Shown: positions 34,749 through 44,858, counted from the stretch's first letter. The stretch: DNA of 58,954 bases from Dehalococcoidia bacterium (GCA_034409195.1 DAOUMT010000079.1:1-58954), one strand, 5' to 3'. Notes: generated by a model not told the origin, from the letters alone. Program-made: numbers and translations.

Positions 34749-36656
34749 TTAATCAACTATCTGGATTATGTCCCTCTTGAATACGTCCCAATTATTGGTC
34801 TTGGGGTCCCACTTGCAGTTGACGAATACCTTCCACTTGTCATTATCCATTTTAGGAGTATCCGCCCTGAAGTAGTAACCCGGCCACCTAGTCTCCTCGC
34901 GGAACAGCATGGTTCTCACGTGGGACTCTGCCTGCCACATTCGGTGTATGTTTTCCCAGCATCTCATCAGCTCATGAAGATTCTCAGCGGCCAGCTTCTC
35001 GGAATCTTCTTTCAATAACCTGAGAAGCTCGATAGCTGTTTCCAGGGCGGGCTTGTTGGTGGTAAACATGGTCGAAGCTCCCCCTGCGTACTCATCCATG
35101 AGTTTCTGGAGACGGAACATGAACTGCTTGGGCCGAATGTAGTTTTCGTTGACGTCCGGATTGTCCGTCTGACCCTTGAATTGCGCAAAAATGTCCAGCG
35201 GCTTGAGAATCTGCTTCTTGAGAGCCTCGACCGTCGCCGCCTCCACTTTTGGCTGGGTGGGATTGTCAACGATGTAGGCCAGGGCTGATTTGGCACGGAT
35301 TCGACCCTCTGCGTGAGAACCATCGGAGAACTTGTGGCTGGAAGCCCCTGCGGCATCGCCGGCACAGAAGAGTCCCTTAACAGTGGCCATGCCGTTGTAG
35401 CCCCAGAAGTACTCCTTCTTGGACTTTTCAGTCTGCAGGTCCTCGGGGCCACTTATCCAGGCGCCTGAAGCACCCGAATGTGAACCAATGAAGTAGGGCT
35501 CACAAGCCTGCATTTCTGAGGCTCTCTGCTCGGGGGCAATATCGCTGCCCGCCCACAGCAGTGCCTGCGAAATGGTCATATCCAGGAAGTCCTCCCAGGC
35601 CTCAGACTCTACTTCCTTTAGCCTCTTTTTCCGCTCTTTCTCATCGGGCACAGAGCTTACGATGTTCCCGATAGCCTCTTCTGTTCTCATGTATGTTGGA
35701 CCTTTGCCTTCTTTCTGGTCCAGCATCATCAGGTAGTTTCTCAGATTGGCGGGAACAGGCTTGACCAATCCATAGGGTGCCCAGTTCTGCAATTCCGGCC
35801 TTCGCTCGACCATATAGTCGCCGCCCAATGCAGTAGTCGCCCTAGACTTAAACAGAAGGAACCAGGCTCCTACCGGGCCATACGCATCCTTAAACCGAAC
35901 GGGGATGAAGCGGACTTCCTGGCAGGTCATTTCAGCGCCGGACTTCATAGTGAAGTAAGCGCTCGATCCGGTGTTAAACGGGGGATACCATGACCTTCCC
36001 AGACCCTCACCGACTGAGCGGGGTCTGAATACGTGGACCGCTCCACCCATAGCAACTACTACTGCCTTAGCTTTGAACACATAGAACTTTTCTTCCCTGA
36101 CACTGAATCCAACAGCTCCGGCAATCCGGTCTCCATCCAGCAGGGGTTCTGTAATAAAGACCCTCTCATATATCTTGCCGTTGTCGCCCAGTTGGGCTAT
36201 GGCGTTCTTGGCTGCTTCTGAGATCACGATTTTATAAGACTCGCCGTTGATCATGAGCTGCCAGGGGCCTTCAAATACATAATTGCCTTCTTTATCCTTC
36301 CAGATAGGCAAGCCCCATTTTTCAAACAGGTGGACTGAACCATCTACATGCCGGGCAATGTCAAAGACCAGGTCATCCCTGGTAACACCCATAAGGTCAC
36401 TTCTGACATAGCGAACATAGTCCTCAGGTGTCCTGCCTTTCGCCTTCATACCCACATACTGGTTGAGAGCTGAAAGACCCATGGCAAAAGCGCCACTTCT
36501 ATCCATGGCTGCTTTGTCCACCACAGCCACCTTAAGATTATGTTTCTTCGCCCAGTAAGCTGCTTCAACAGCAGCCCCGCACGCTGCCATACCGCCACCG
36601 ATAATCAATAAATCGGTGGTTACTTCAACAGTTTCAAATGCTGCCATATTCATCAC
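34749..36656 (-). CDS. aprA: Adenylylsulfate (APS) reductase alpha subunit
   Basis: 635 aa. TDLLIIGGGMAACGAAVEAAYW FAD fold, fumarate-reductase-like body, directly downstream of aprB. Confidence 0.92.
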   Translation of the reverse strand: MMNMAAFETVEVTTDLLIIGGGMAACGAAVEAAYWAKKHNLKVAVVDKAAMDRSGAFAMGLSALNQYVGMKAKGRTPEDYVRYVRSDLMGVTRDDLVFDIARHVDGSVHLFEKWGLPIWKDKEGNYVFEGPWQLMINGESYKIVISEAAKNAIAQLGDNGKIYERVFITEPLLDGDRIAGAVGFSVREEKFYVFKAKAVVVAMGGAVHVFRPRSVGEGLGRSWYPPFNTGSSAYFTMKSGAEMTCQEVRFIPVRFKDAYGPVGAWFLLFKSRATTALGGDYMVERRPELQNWAPYGLVKPVPANLRNYLMMLDQKEGKGPTYMRTEEAIGNIVSSVPDEKERKKRLKEVESEAWEDFLDMTISQALLWAGSDIAPEQRASEMQACEPYFIGSHSGASGAWISGPEDLQTEKSKKEYFWGYNGMATVKGLFCAGDAAGASSHKFSDGSHAEGRIRAKSALAYIVDNPTQPKVEAATVEALKKQILKPLDIFAQFKGQTDNPDVNENYIRPKQFMFRLQKLMDEYAGGASTMFTTNKPALETAIELLRLLKEDSEKLAAENLHELMRCWENIHRMWQAESHVRTMLFREETRWPGYYFRADTPKMDNDKWKVFVNCKWDPKTNNWDVFKRDIIQIVD

Positions 36657-36663
36657 CTCAATT

Positions 36664-37113
36664 CTACTTCTTTAATGTCGGTAGCGCTGCGACGCGCAAC
36701 GACTCGGGCTCAGTAAACAACAATGGGCTCTTCAGGTTGTCTGCCTCCGGAGCAGTCTTGAATCCTCCGTCAGGCACAGCAGAGCCCTCAGGAGTGGTTC
36801 TGGTGGGAAACCTGAATCTCTTAAGGCTCTTATTCCGGAATTTGACAGTCCACATGATGTCTTCCGTCCCACGGAGGGGTGTCACACTCGCGCCCATAGG
36901 TATGAAGTCAGCATAACCTCTGATAGCCATAGCCTGCTGGGGGCAAAGCTTGACACAGCACATACATTCCCAGCACATCGCCGGGTCGCGGTTGTAAGCC
37001 TTCATGGTGGCCTTATTCAAAACCATGAGGTCATTGGGACAAATATGCTGGCAAGCAGTCTTATCTTGCCCCTTACAACCGTCACACTTCTCCAAGATTA
37101 CATAACTTGGCAT
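36664..37113 (-). CDS. aprB: Adenylylsulfate (APS) reductase beta subunit
   Basis: 149 aa. MPSYVILEKCDGCKGQDKTACQHICPNDLM and CWECMCCVKLCPQQA, plus the extended C-terminal tail characteristic of AprB. Confidence 0.92.
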   Translation of the reverse strand: MPSYVILEKCDGCKGQDKTACQHICPNDLMVLNKATMKAYNRDPAMCWECMCCVKLCPQQAMAIRGYADFIPMGASVTPLRGTEDIMWTVKFRNKSLKRFRFPTRTTPEGSAVPDGGFKTAPEADNLKSPLLFTEPESLRVAALPTLKK

Positions 37114-37134
37114 CCATTGCCTCCTTTCTCATTA

Positions 37135-37163
37135 ATTATTATCGAGCCAAGTTTTCGTTTCAA
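37135..37163 (-). promoter_or_regulatory. Weak candidate internal promoter for aprBA
   Basis: Minus-strand TTGAAA (37158-37163), a 17-nt spacer and AATAAT (37135-37140). The leader to the aprB ATG would be very short. Confidence 0.25.
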
Positions 37164-37289
37164 AATACTTTGAATCTTTTCTTTTTCACCACCCCCTCTA
37201 GCAGGATTGCATCCTTACATCCAGACTTACCTTTTTAAACTTTCAGGTGAATACCTGTTACTTTACCCCTTGGGAACAACTCGCCGGGC

Positions 37290-38492
37290 CTACTCCTTCG
37301 CTCTATCGCTCTGGTAATAATCCATCAGTATCTTGGCCACTTCGGGGCGGCTGAATTCGGGTGGAGGAGCTTCGCCCTTGGAAAGCATTTCACGGACCTT
37401 AGTGCCGGACAGCATCAAGTAGTCCTCCTGAGTATGAGGGCAATTGCGAACCATAACGATACCCTGGCATTTGTTGCACCACACAGTGTTGTCGCCTCGG
37501 TAGATGCCAATCTTGAGGGCATTCTTGGGAATCTTATCGAATATGGTCTGGGCATCGAAAGGTCCGTAATAACTGCCAACTCCAGCGTGGTCACGGCCGG
37601 TAATCAGAGTTGTTGCTCCCATATTCTGACGGAAGACGGCATGCAGCAAAGCCTCACGCGGGCCGGCATACAGCATGTCATATCCATAGCCAGTGACCTC
37701 AACTGAGTTAGGTGGGAAATAACGTTCCACCATCTTTCTAATTGCCATATCGCGCACATCGGCAGGAATGTCGCCCTTCTTCAATTTGCCCAGCAGCATA
37801 TGAATCACCGCGCCGTCAGCGCCTTCTTCTTTCATCGCCATTTTGACAAGCTCTTCGTGCGCCCGGTGCATGGGGTTACGGGTCTGGAACGCCACCACCT
37901 TCTTCCAGCCATGTTTCCCGATCATTTCTCGTATTTGTGCCGCTGTTCGGAAGGTCTCAGGAAATTCGGCGGCAAAATAGGAGTAGTTCAATACCCGAAT
38001 GGGACCGGAGATGAAGGTTCTTCCTGCGTTCATCCAGTTGGCGACACCGGGGTGTTTCTCATCGAGAGTACCGAATATCTTCTCTGCCATAAATTTCATC
38101 TGGTCTTCGGTTGCTTCCTCGATAGCCTGCACATCCTGGATAGCGATAACCGGGTTACCGGCAACGTTGCAGTCTTTGAGCGCAATGCGCTTAGCGCCCT
38201 TGATTGAACTGGCATCTTTGACCACGTTCACAATGGGAACAGGCCAGAAGAGGCCATCCTTGGCCTCCATTTTCTCAGCTACCTTCAGAGCCTCCTGGAG
38301 CCCCATGTATCCCTTCAATGGATTGAAATATCCGGCTCCCAGCATCACGGCGTTTGCCGCCGCCTGCGAACATATAACTATAGATGGTAGAGTTTGTGCT
38401 TCTTTCAAAAGTTTTGCTCTCTCTGCATCATCCGCCACGTAGAGTGGATTTAGAGTGTCTGAGCCATGGGGTTTTATAAGTTTATCTGCCAT
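37290..38492 (-). CDS. sat: Sulfate adenylyltransferase (ATP sulfurylase)
   Basis: 400 aa. LIKPHGSDTLNPLYV, VAFQTRNPMHRAHEEL and GRDHAGVG are ATP-sulfurylase signatures. Confidence 0.9.
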   Translation of the reverse strand: MADKLIKPHGSDTLNPLYVADDAERAKLLKEAQTLPSIVICSQAAANAVMLGAGYFNPLKGYMGLQEALKVAEKMEAKDGLFWPVPIVNVVKDASSIKGAKRIALKDCNVAGNPVIAIQDVQAIEEATEDQMKFMAEKIFGTLDEKHPGVANWMNAGRTFISGPIRVLNYSYFAAEFPETFRTAAQIREMIGKHGWKKVVAFQTRNPMHRAHEELVKMAMKEEGADGAVIHMLLGKLKKGDIPADVRDMAIRKMVERYFPPNSVEVTGYGYDMLYAGPREALLHAVFRQNMGATTLITGRDHAGVGSYYGPFDAQTIFDKIPKNALKIGIYRGDNTVWCNKCQGIVMVRNCPHTQEDYLMLSGTKVREMLSKGEAPPPEFSRPEVAKILMDYYQSDRAKE

Positions 38493-38648
38493 ACTATCTC
38501 CTTATTTCTTTAAATTCTGGCATTTACTGGGATTTAAGGCAATTACTCTCAGGTTAACCCTCTTACTACGCATGAGAGTATTCGCGGATTATCATCCCCC
38601 TTTCTGCCCAACTTTGTAATAAATGTTAGCATTTACATTTATAAGTAT

Positions 38649-38769
38649 ACATCGACTAATCGGCTTATTCTCATTTAAGCAATAATGCTTAGAAAAATAT
38701 AAGAATTTCTAGGCATATGTTCGAAGTTGTTTCGGATGTAGGCTAATCGCCTTGAGCATAATGAGCAGG
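38649..38769 (-). promoter_or_regulatory. Copy B of the ~120-nt conserved upstream element (upstream of sat); candidate promoter plus palindromic operator
   Basis: Its reverse complement aligns with 15059-15178 at about 80% identity. Minus-strand TCGAAC (38719-38724), a 17-nt spacer and TATATT (38696-38701). Inverted repeat TGCCTAGAA (38707-38715) / TTCTAAGCA (38686-38694), with one mismatch. It ends 157 nt upstream of the sat ATG. Confidence 0.6.
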
Positions 38770-38840
38770 CTGACCTGAGAGGCAGTCAGCGATTGCCCCT
38801 TAGGTTGAACCTTTGGGCTATCTGAGGTACAATAATACGC

Positions 38841-39542
38841 ATGGATAAGAGTTTAGAAAAAATCAGAATCATCATTGCCGATGACCATGCAGTGGTGCGT
38901 GAAGGCACCCGGGAGCTGCTGCAAAAGGAACCAGACCTGGAGGTTGTGGGCGAAGCCGGTGATGGTGAAGAAGCAGTGAGGCTCGTCAAAGAGCTTATTC
39001 CGGATGTTGCCATATTGGACATCGCCATGCCCGGCCTCAACGGTATTGAAGCAACCAAGCAGATCAAAGCCATATTACCGAGCACGGCAGTGCTTATATT
39101 GACCGCTTACGAGTACGACCAGTACGTCTTTGCCCTTCTCGAGGCAGGAGCTGCCGGCTATCTGCTAAAGGATGTCCCCAGCCAAAAGCTGGTTGAGGCC
39201 GTTCGTGCAGTGCACGCCGGTGAATCGGCACTTCACCCGGTTATCGCGCGCAAGGCACTCAACCACTTTGTGCATAGTTCTAATAAGGCAGGTGAACTGC
39301 AAACCCAACCCCTGACTGATAGGGAAGCGGAGGTGCTCCGGCTAGCTGCCAAGGGGCAAAGCAACAGGCAAATAGCTAATAAGCTGGGGCTGAGCGTACG
39401 CACCGTTCAGGCTCATCTGAGCAATGTCTTCAACAAGCTCAAGGTTGGTTCGCGCACCGAGGCGGTGATCTCCGCATTAAAGACCGGACTGCTTACCTTG
39501 CAGGATATAACTGATTCCTTGGACGAGTCAGAAGCTCCATGA
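38841..39542 (+). CDS. NarL/LuxR-family response regulator
   Basis: 233 aa. REC domain (IRIIIADDHAVVREG...DVAILDIAMPGLNG) plus LuxR HTH (LTDREAEVLRLAAKGQSNRQIANKLGLSVRTVQAHLSNVFNKL). Divergent from sat. Confidence 0.9.
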   Translation: MDKSLEKIRIIIADDHAVVREGTRELLQKEPDLEVVGEAGDGEEAVRLVKELIPDVAILDIAMPGLNGIEATKQIKAILPSTAVLILTAYEYDQYVFALLEAGAAGYLLKDVPSQKLVEAVRAVHAGESALHPVIARKALNHFVHSSNKAGELQTQPLTDREAEVLRLAAKGQSNRQIANKLGLSVRTVQAHLSNVFNKLKVGSRTEAVISALKTGLLTLQDITDSLDESEAP

Positions 39543-39722
39543 CGCTGTTTACTACCGACACAAATATATTCGTTATGTTAAGAGGAGATTGTAAATACCA
39601 CATCTCAGTTCTAAATAAATTCAAACAGGTGGCTCACAACTCCAAAACTGAAAACAATTATATTTTATCAAACTTCATAATTACAGCCCAATGTTAACAT
39701 CTCTTTTTAAGAGGAGGAGGTT

Positions 39723-41399
39723 ATGGATAAGAGGAAGGACGACGGGCCTCAGAAAGCGCCATCAAGGCTAATAGTTAACTGGGATGAATTGCAGCAGCAC
39801 GTTTCTGTTTTCAAGGAAAACGAGCAATCACTGGCGGCTTTGAACGCCATCTCCGACCTTATTAATCAGCCTCTGGAAATCCGACAGGTTCTAACGCTTG
39901 TGGCTGATAAGACCATGGAAGTAATGAGTGTGGATGCTATTCTTATATTCCTCATAGATGAAGAAACGCAGGACCTTCGCCTGGAAGTAAGCAAGGGAGT
40001 CTCGGAGGAATTCGTGGCTGGCGTCAGGAAAATGAAAGTGGGGGAAGGCTTTAATGGAACAGTAGCGCAAACAGGGAAACCCCTATTTGTGGATGATGCC
40101 AGTACCGATCCGCTGCTAAGCAGACGGGTGGTAGTTGTCGAGGGAATAAGGTCACAGCTTATTGTTCCTTTGCGGTCCAGAGGCAAAATGGTGGGAACCA
40201 TCTGTGTTGCCAGGCGCAAGCCGGGGAAATTCCAGATGGCTGAAGTGGCGTTGCTGAGCAGTATTGGAAACGCCCTCGGAGCTGGCCTCGAGAATGCTAT
40301 ACTTTACCAGGAGATGGAACAGGCGCTAACGTTATTGCGACAGTCCGAGGAAAAATATCGAGACCTTTTCGAGAACGCCTATGATGCTATCTGGCTGCAT
40401 GATTTGGATGGCAATCTGCTCGCTGCGAATAAGGCATGCGAAAAGCTCACCGGTTATACGTCAGATGAATTACTTAATGTACATATCTGCCAACTGATTC
40501 CCGAGTGCAGCCGGTCGAGTATCGAGCAGACAGAGCGTAAATTAATTCTGGACCAGCATGTTGAACATCGTTGTGAAGGAGAACTGATTAAGAAAGGTGG
40601 AACGAAGGCTCTCGTCCAGATTACAACAAGCTTGATAGCTCACGATGGCGAAATAGTCGGTTTCCAGCATTGCGCCCGAGATATAACGGAAGAGAGACAA
40701 CTGCAGCAAAACCTTCGCTATTACCTGCAGCAGGTCACCCGGGCTCAGGAGGAAGAACGTAAGCGAATCGCTAGGGAATTGCATGATGAAACTCTGCAAA
40801 ATCTAATTGCTATCTCGCGTCAGTTGGAGAAGATCACTTCCAGCGATGCGTTATGGGAGGAGAGCGTTGAAGCCGTACGCAGCTTCAAAAAACAAATCGA
40901 AGTTGCAGTGCAGGAGATACGCCGTTTCAGCCACGACCTGCGCCCGTCGGTGCTGGACGACCTCGGACTGCTGCCTGCGCTGGAACTGCTGGCTGACGAT
41001 CTGAACAAACAAGGAATTACTACTAGTTTCAAGGTAACCGGCGAATCAAGGCGGCTTGCGCCTGAGGAAGAGGTGATGCTATTTCGTATTGCACAGGAGG
41101 CAGTGAGGAACATCTGGCGCCATTCCCATGCTTCGTCCGCAGAACTTGTCATAGAGTTTAGCGATGCTTTGGTCAAACTGAATATCAAAGACGACGGCAG
41201 CGGTTTTAGATTACCGAAAAGGGTAGGAGATCTGGCTGGCCTGGGAAAGCTGGGACTGGCAGGAATGTACGAGCGAGCCAGATTGCTGGGCGGAACTCTA
41301 ACGCTGACATCCAACGAAGGCAAGGGAACAACAGTAACTGTCGAAGTGCCCGTTTTGGCCTTCAAGGAAAGGAAAACTATCAGCTTTGGGGATAAATGA
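39723..41399 (+). CDS. Sensor histidine kinase (GAF-PAS-HisKA_3-HATPase)
   Basis: 558 aa. GAF-like region, PAS (YRDLFENAYDAIWLHD), H-box RIARELHDETLQNL, and HATPase with G-box DDGSGF...GLAGMYERARLLGG. Confidence 0.88.
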   Translation: MDKRKDDGPQKAPSRLIVNWDELQQHVSVFKENEQSLAALNAISDLINQPLEIRQVLTLVADKTMEVMSVDAILIFLIDEETQDLRLEVSKGVSEEFVAGVRKMKVGEGFNGTVAQTGKPLFVDDASTDPLLSRRVVVVEGIRSQLIVPLRSRGKMVGTICVARRKPGKFQMAEVALLSSIGNALGAGLENAILYQEMEQALTLLRQSEEKYRDLFENAYDAIWLHDLDGNLLAANKACEKLTGYTSDELLNVHICQLIPECSRSSIEQTERKLILDQHVEHRCEGELIKKGGTKALVQITTSLIAHDGEIVGFQHCARDITEERQLQQNLRYYLQQVTRAQEEERKRIARELHDETLQNLIAISRQLEKITSSDALWEESVEAVRSFKKQIEVAVQEIRRFSHDLRPSVLDDLGLLPALELLADDLNKQGITTSFKVTGESRRLAPEEEVMLFRIAQEAVRNIWRHSHASSAELVIEFSDALVKLNIKDDGSGFRLPKRVGDLAGLGKLGLAGMYERARLLGGTLTLTSNEGKGTTVTVEVPVLAFKERKTISFGDK

Positions 41400-41428
41400 T
41401 GCCCTCTGTTCGGAGGACAGTATGATGG

Positions 41429-41455
41429 CCCGCAGTCGGTGTCTACCACTGCGGG
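41429..41455 (+). terminator. Possible intrinsic terminator after the histidine kinase
   Basis: cccgcagt (41429-41436) pairs with actgcggg (41448-41455), an 8-bp GC-rich stem with an 11-nt loop, followed by atatattt. Confidence 0.4.
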
Positions 41456-41610
41456 ATATATTTGAGAGGAAAGTCGAGACAAACACAGGAAGCGGTGAGG
41501 GTATAAAGCAGATCAGGGAAACTCTTGATTATTACAACGAAAACCTTTTAGGTTTTCGGCACCCTAATCAATGAGAAAACTACTGAATCCGTCAGCCCCC
41601 AGGAGCACAC

Positions 41611-42750
41611 GTGATTTCCGTTTCAAAACTACTCTGCAATATCAGTTCGCCTGGCGACAATCTTCGCTATGGAGCACCACAGCCACCTATAGTTGTGTGG
41701 AACTGCACTCGACGCTGCAATTTGAAATGTCTTCATTGCTATGCCCGGTCTCAAGACAAGGTTTACCGGGATGAATTGACCACCGAAGAGAGCAAAGCCT
41801 TCTTACAGGACCTCGCAGACTTTAAAGTCCCTGTCATTCTATTCTCCGGAGGCGAACCTACACTCAGAAAGGACATCATTGAACTTGCTGGACGGGCGAA
41901 GGAATTGGGAATCAGGGTTGTCCTTTCCACCAATGGTACATTGATCACCGATAAACTGGCTGAGGAAATAATCAAAGTAGGGTTTGGCGAGGTAGGCATA
42001 AGTCTCGACGGTATTGGAGCCGTAAACGACCATTTCCGTGGTCAGGAAGGTGCTTTTGAAGCTGCCCTGGAGGGTTTCCGGCGGCTGGTGGCTCTTAAAC
42101 AAAGGGTATCCTTGAGGCTGACCATCACACGGCACAACTATCGGGAGATACCAGCCATATTTGACCTTGTGGAGCGTGAGAGAATTGACCGCATCTGCTT
42201 CTATCACCTGGCCTATGCCGGACGCGGGAGCAGTATGCAAGCTCAAGATATATCACCTCAGGATACGCGAGAGGCCGTAGACCTTATCTTTGACAGAACC
42301 CTGGACCTGCACCGACGCGGTCTGGACAAGGACATCTTAACCGTTGATAACCACGCCGATGGTGTATACCTGTATCTGAAGGTGAAACGCGAGAATCCAG
42401 ATAGAGCCTCCAGAGTTCTCGAGCTACTGCGGCGAAACGGGGGCAACAACTCGGGAATCCGCATTGCAGCGGTAGACAACCTGGGCTACGTGCACCCCGA
42501 CCAGTTCTGGTGGCACTACTCGCTGGGCAATGTGCGGCAGCGAAAATTCGGCGATATCTGGTCTGATACTTCAGAACCATTGCTGCAGGGTCTGAGGAAC
42601 CGTAAACCCTTGCTCAAAGGGCGCTGCGGGCGGTGTCAGTATCTCGATTTGTGCAACGGCAACCTGCGGGTACGAGCAGAATCAGTATACGGCGATGTTT
42701 GGGCCGATGATCCTGCCTGTTATCTCACCGATGAGGAGATCGGACTTTGA
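41611..42750 (+). CDS. Radical SAM/SPASM haem-biosynthesis enzyme, NirJ-like (AhbC or AhbD; cannot tell which by eye)
   Basis: 379 aa, GTG start. CNLKCLHCY radical-SAM motif and a C-terminal SPASM-like CGRCQYLDLCNG. Located in the ahb/hem operon. Confidence 0.75.
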   Translation: MISVSKLLCNISSPGDNLRYGAPQPPIVVWNCTRRCNLKCLHCYARSQDKVYRDELTTEESKAFLQDLADFKVPVILFSGGEPTLRKDIIELAGRAKELGIRVVLSTNGTLITDKLAEEIIKVGFGEVGISLDGIGAVNDHFRGQEGAFEAALEGFRRLVALKQRVSLRLTITRHNYREIPAIFDLVERERIDRICFYHLAYAGRGSSMQAQDISPQDTREAVDLIFDRTLDLHRRGLDKDILTVDNHADGVYLYLKVKRENPDRASRVLELLRRNGGNNSGIRIAAVDNLGYVHPDQFWWHYSLGNVRQRKFGDIWSDTSEPLLQGLRNRKPLLKGRCGRCQYLDLCNGNLRVRAESVYGDVWADDPACYLTDEEIGL

Positions 42751-43868
42751 CTGAAAGCGAATCACCGTCGGGGGGAAACGACCAGGCAAAACCGCGGCTG
42801 GTAGCCTGGGAGATAACGAAAAGCTGCAACCTCCATTGCGCGCACTGCCGGGGTTCCTCTGGCAGCGGCACCTATACTGGAGAGCTGTCTTGCCAGGAAT
42901 GCTTTGCCCTCATCAATGATATCCTCAAAGTAGGACGGCCGATACTTATCCTCACCGGAGGCGAGCCGCTGAAAAGGGAGGACTTCTTTGACATTGCCGG
43001 GTATGCAGCAGGCAAAGGAATCCGGGTTGTGGTGGGGAGCAATGGCACTCTCATAACAAAGGAAATAGCCACCAAGATGAAGGAGGTCCCTATCTCACGA
43101 GTGGGTATAAGCCTGGATTTTCCCAATCGAGAGCTTCAAGATAAGTTCCGGGGCTCGCGCGGAGCCTTCGATGCCGCTCTTGCCGGGATAGAGTGTGCCC
43201 GCAACGCAGGCATCGAAGTCCAGATTAACAGCACCATCACCCGTCTCAACGCTCACTATCTGGATGACCTGGTCTCTCTGGCCCTAAATGTGGGGGCGGT
43301 GGCCTTTCATCCCTTCCTGTTAGTACCGACCGGCCGCGCCAAAGGCCTCCAGGAACATGTCCTCTCAGCGCAAGATTACGAGCAGCTTCTTATCCAAATC
43401 TATGAGAAACAGCAGCAGCTCGGCAATCGCCTCTTCTTCAAACCTACCGATGCCCCCAGCTATATGCGCGTAATACAACAACAGGAGATGCTGAGACGCT
43501 CCCCGGAGCAGAAGCTATCCTCACCCGATACAAACGTACGGCATCCCGGCCACGCTTCCATGAATGCGGTGAGCAGGGGGTGCCTCGGAGGTATCAGCTT
43601 CTGTTTCATATCACATGTCGGGCGGGTGCAGGCCTGTGGCTACCTTGACGTGGAAGCAGGGAATATTAGGGAACAGCCATTCCACCGGATATGGCAAGAT
43701 TCACCATTGTTTAACCGGTTGCGTGACTACTCCCTGATTAAAGGCAAATGTGGCCTTTGCAAGTACAAGGCAGTCTGCGGCGGCTGCCGTGCCCGTGCCT
43801 ATGAGGCGACAGGGGACTACCTGGCGGCTGAACCGTATTGTCTCTATCAACCAAACGGTGATAATTGA
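42747..43868 (+). CDS. Radical SAM/SPASM haem-biosynthesis enzyme, NirJ-like (AhbD or AhbC)
   Basis: 373 aa, TTGA overlap start. CNLHCAHCR radical-SAM motif and a C-terminal CGLCKYKAVCGGCRARA SPASM region. Confidence 0.75.
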   Translation: MTESESPSGGNDQAKPRLVAWEITKSCNLHCAHCRGSSGSGTYTGELSCQECFALINDILKVGRPILILTGGEPLKREDFFDIAGYAAGKGIRVVVGSNGTLITKEIATKMKEVPISRVGISLDFPNRELQDKFRGSRGAFDAALAGIECARNAGIEVQINSTITRLNAHYLDDLVSLALNVGAVAFHPFLLVPTGRAKGLQEHVLSAQDYEQLLIQIYEKQQQLGNRLFFKPTDAPSYMRVIQQQEMLRRSPEQKLSSPDTNVRHPGHASMNAVSRGCLGGISFCFISHVGRVQACGYLDVEAGNIREQPFHRIWQDSPLFNRLRDYSLIKGKCGLCKYKAVCGGCRARAYEATGDYLAAEPYCLYQPNGDN

Positions 43869-43869
43869 T

Positions 43870-44853
43870 ATGTTGCTGGATATTACCGATAAAAAATTAC
43901 TGAACCTGGTGCAGTCAGAGTTCCCGCTTTGCCGCGAACCCTTTGCCGAATTGGGCAGCATTCTGGATATCAGCGAAGGCGAGGTGCTCAAGCGCCTGCA
44001 AGAACTCAAGAACGAGAAAATCATCCGCATCATCAACGCTGTCTTCGAATCAGCTCGGCTGGGCTATCACAGTACTCTGGTGGCTATGCATGTGGACGAG
44101 CAGCATGTGGAGGAAACAGCCGCTTTTATCAACCGTCAGGCAGGAGTAAGCCACAATTACCTGCGGGACCATTATTTCAATCTCTGGTTCACCTTGAGCG
44201 CACCCAGGGATACTGGTCTTGATGCTGTTGCTGCTCAACTCGGAGAGGCTGTCGCTGCTGAGCACACCCTGTCCCTGCCTGCTCGCCAGGTATTTAAAAT
44301 TATGGTATACTTCAACATGCTGGACGAGTGTGAGGAGCGGCTCTCCGAAGAGGAAGTCCAGCCTCCGAATAGAACCCCAGGACGTTTAAGCGAGGGCGAA
44401 AAAGGGCTGGTGCGGGAGCTGCAACGGGACTTACCTCTCGAAAGACGCCCCTTCGATAAAATGGCGGCCCATCTGGGTATGGACATCGACGAATTTCTGC
44501 GCCGGGCGGTTTCTCTCAGGGAGAGAGGGGTCATGAGACGTTTTGCCGCCCGCTTAAATCACCGCGAGGCTGGCTTTTCATCTAATGCACTGTCCTGTTG
44601 GAAGGTGGCACCGGATAAGCTGGCTCAAGTAGGACAGGCCATAGCAAGTCACTCCCAGGTGAGTCATTGCTACGAGAGGCGAACCGCACCGGAGTGGCAT
44701 TACAATGTATATGCCATGATCCATGGACATAGCAGAGAGGACTGCGGTTCCCTGGCGCTCCGCATCTCTGAGGAGACCGGAATCAAAGATTATGTTCTTC
44801 TCTATAGCATTAAGGAGTACCTCAGACGCACTGTCAGGTATTTCATTGACTGA
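43870..44853 (+). CDS. ahbAB: Sirohaem decarboxylase, fused AhbA-AhbB (NirDL-like, two AsnC/Lrp-type modules)
   Basis: ORF 43750-44853, real start MLLDITDKKLLNLVQSEFPL at 43870. The second module begins about GRLSEGEKGLVRELQRDLPLERRPF. Each module ends in a VSHNYLR/VSHCYER-type motif. Confidence 0.75.
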   Translation: MLLDITDKKLLNLVQSEFPLCREPFAELGSILDISEGEVLKRLQELKNEKIIRIINAVFESARLGYHSTLVAMHVDEQHVEETAAFINRQAGVSHNYLRDHYFNLWFTLSAPRDTGLDAVAAQLGEAVAAEHTLSLPARQVFKIMVYFNMLDECEERLSEEEVQPPNRTPGRLSEGEKGLVRELQRDLPLERRPFDKMAAHLGMDIDEFLRRAVSLRERGVMRRFAARLNHREAGFSSNALSCWKVAPDKLAQVGQAIASHSQVSHCYERRTAPEWHYNVYAMIHGHSREDCGSLALRISEETGIKDYVLLYSIKEYLRRTVRYFID

Positions 44854-44858
44854 GAAGT

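Noticed and set aside
38640-38651. 12-mer tataagtataca shared between the sat leader and 57494-57505
   Set aside because: Hundreds of 12-mer coincidences are expected by chance among all position pairs in about 118 kb of two-strand sequence. There is no extended similarity around either site.
41386-41774. Small plus-strand ORFs (41386-41574, 41571-41774) between the kinase and the ahb operon
   Set aside because: They have no RBS and non-descript translations, and the second overlaps the well-supported radical SAM gene start. They are probably noncoding leader.
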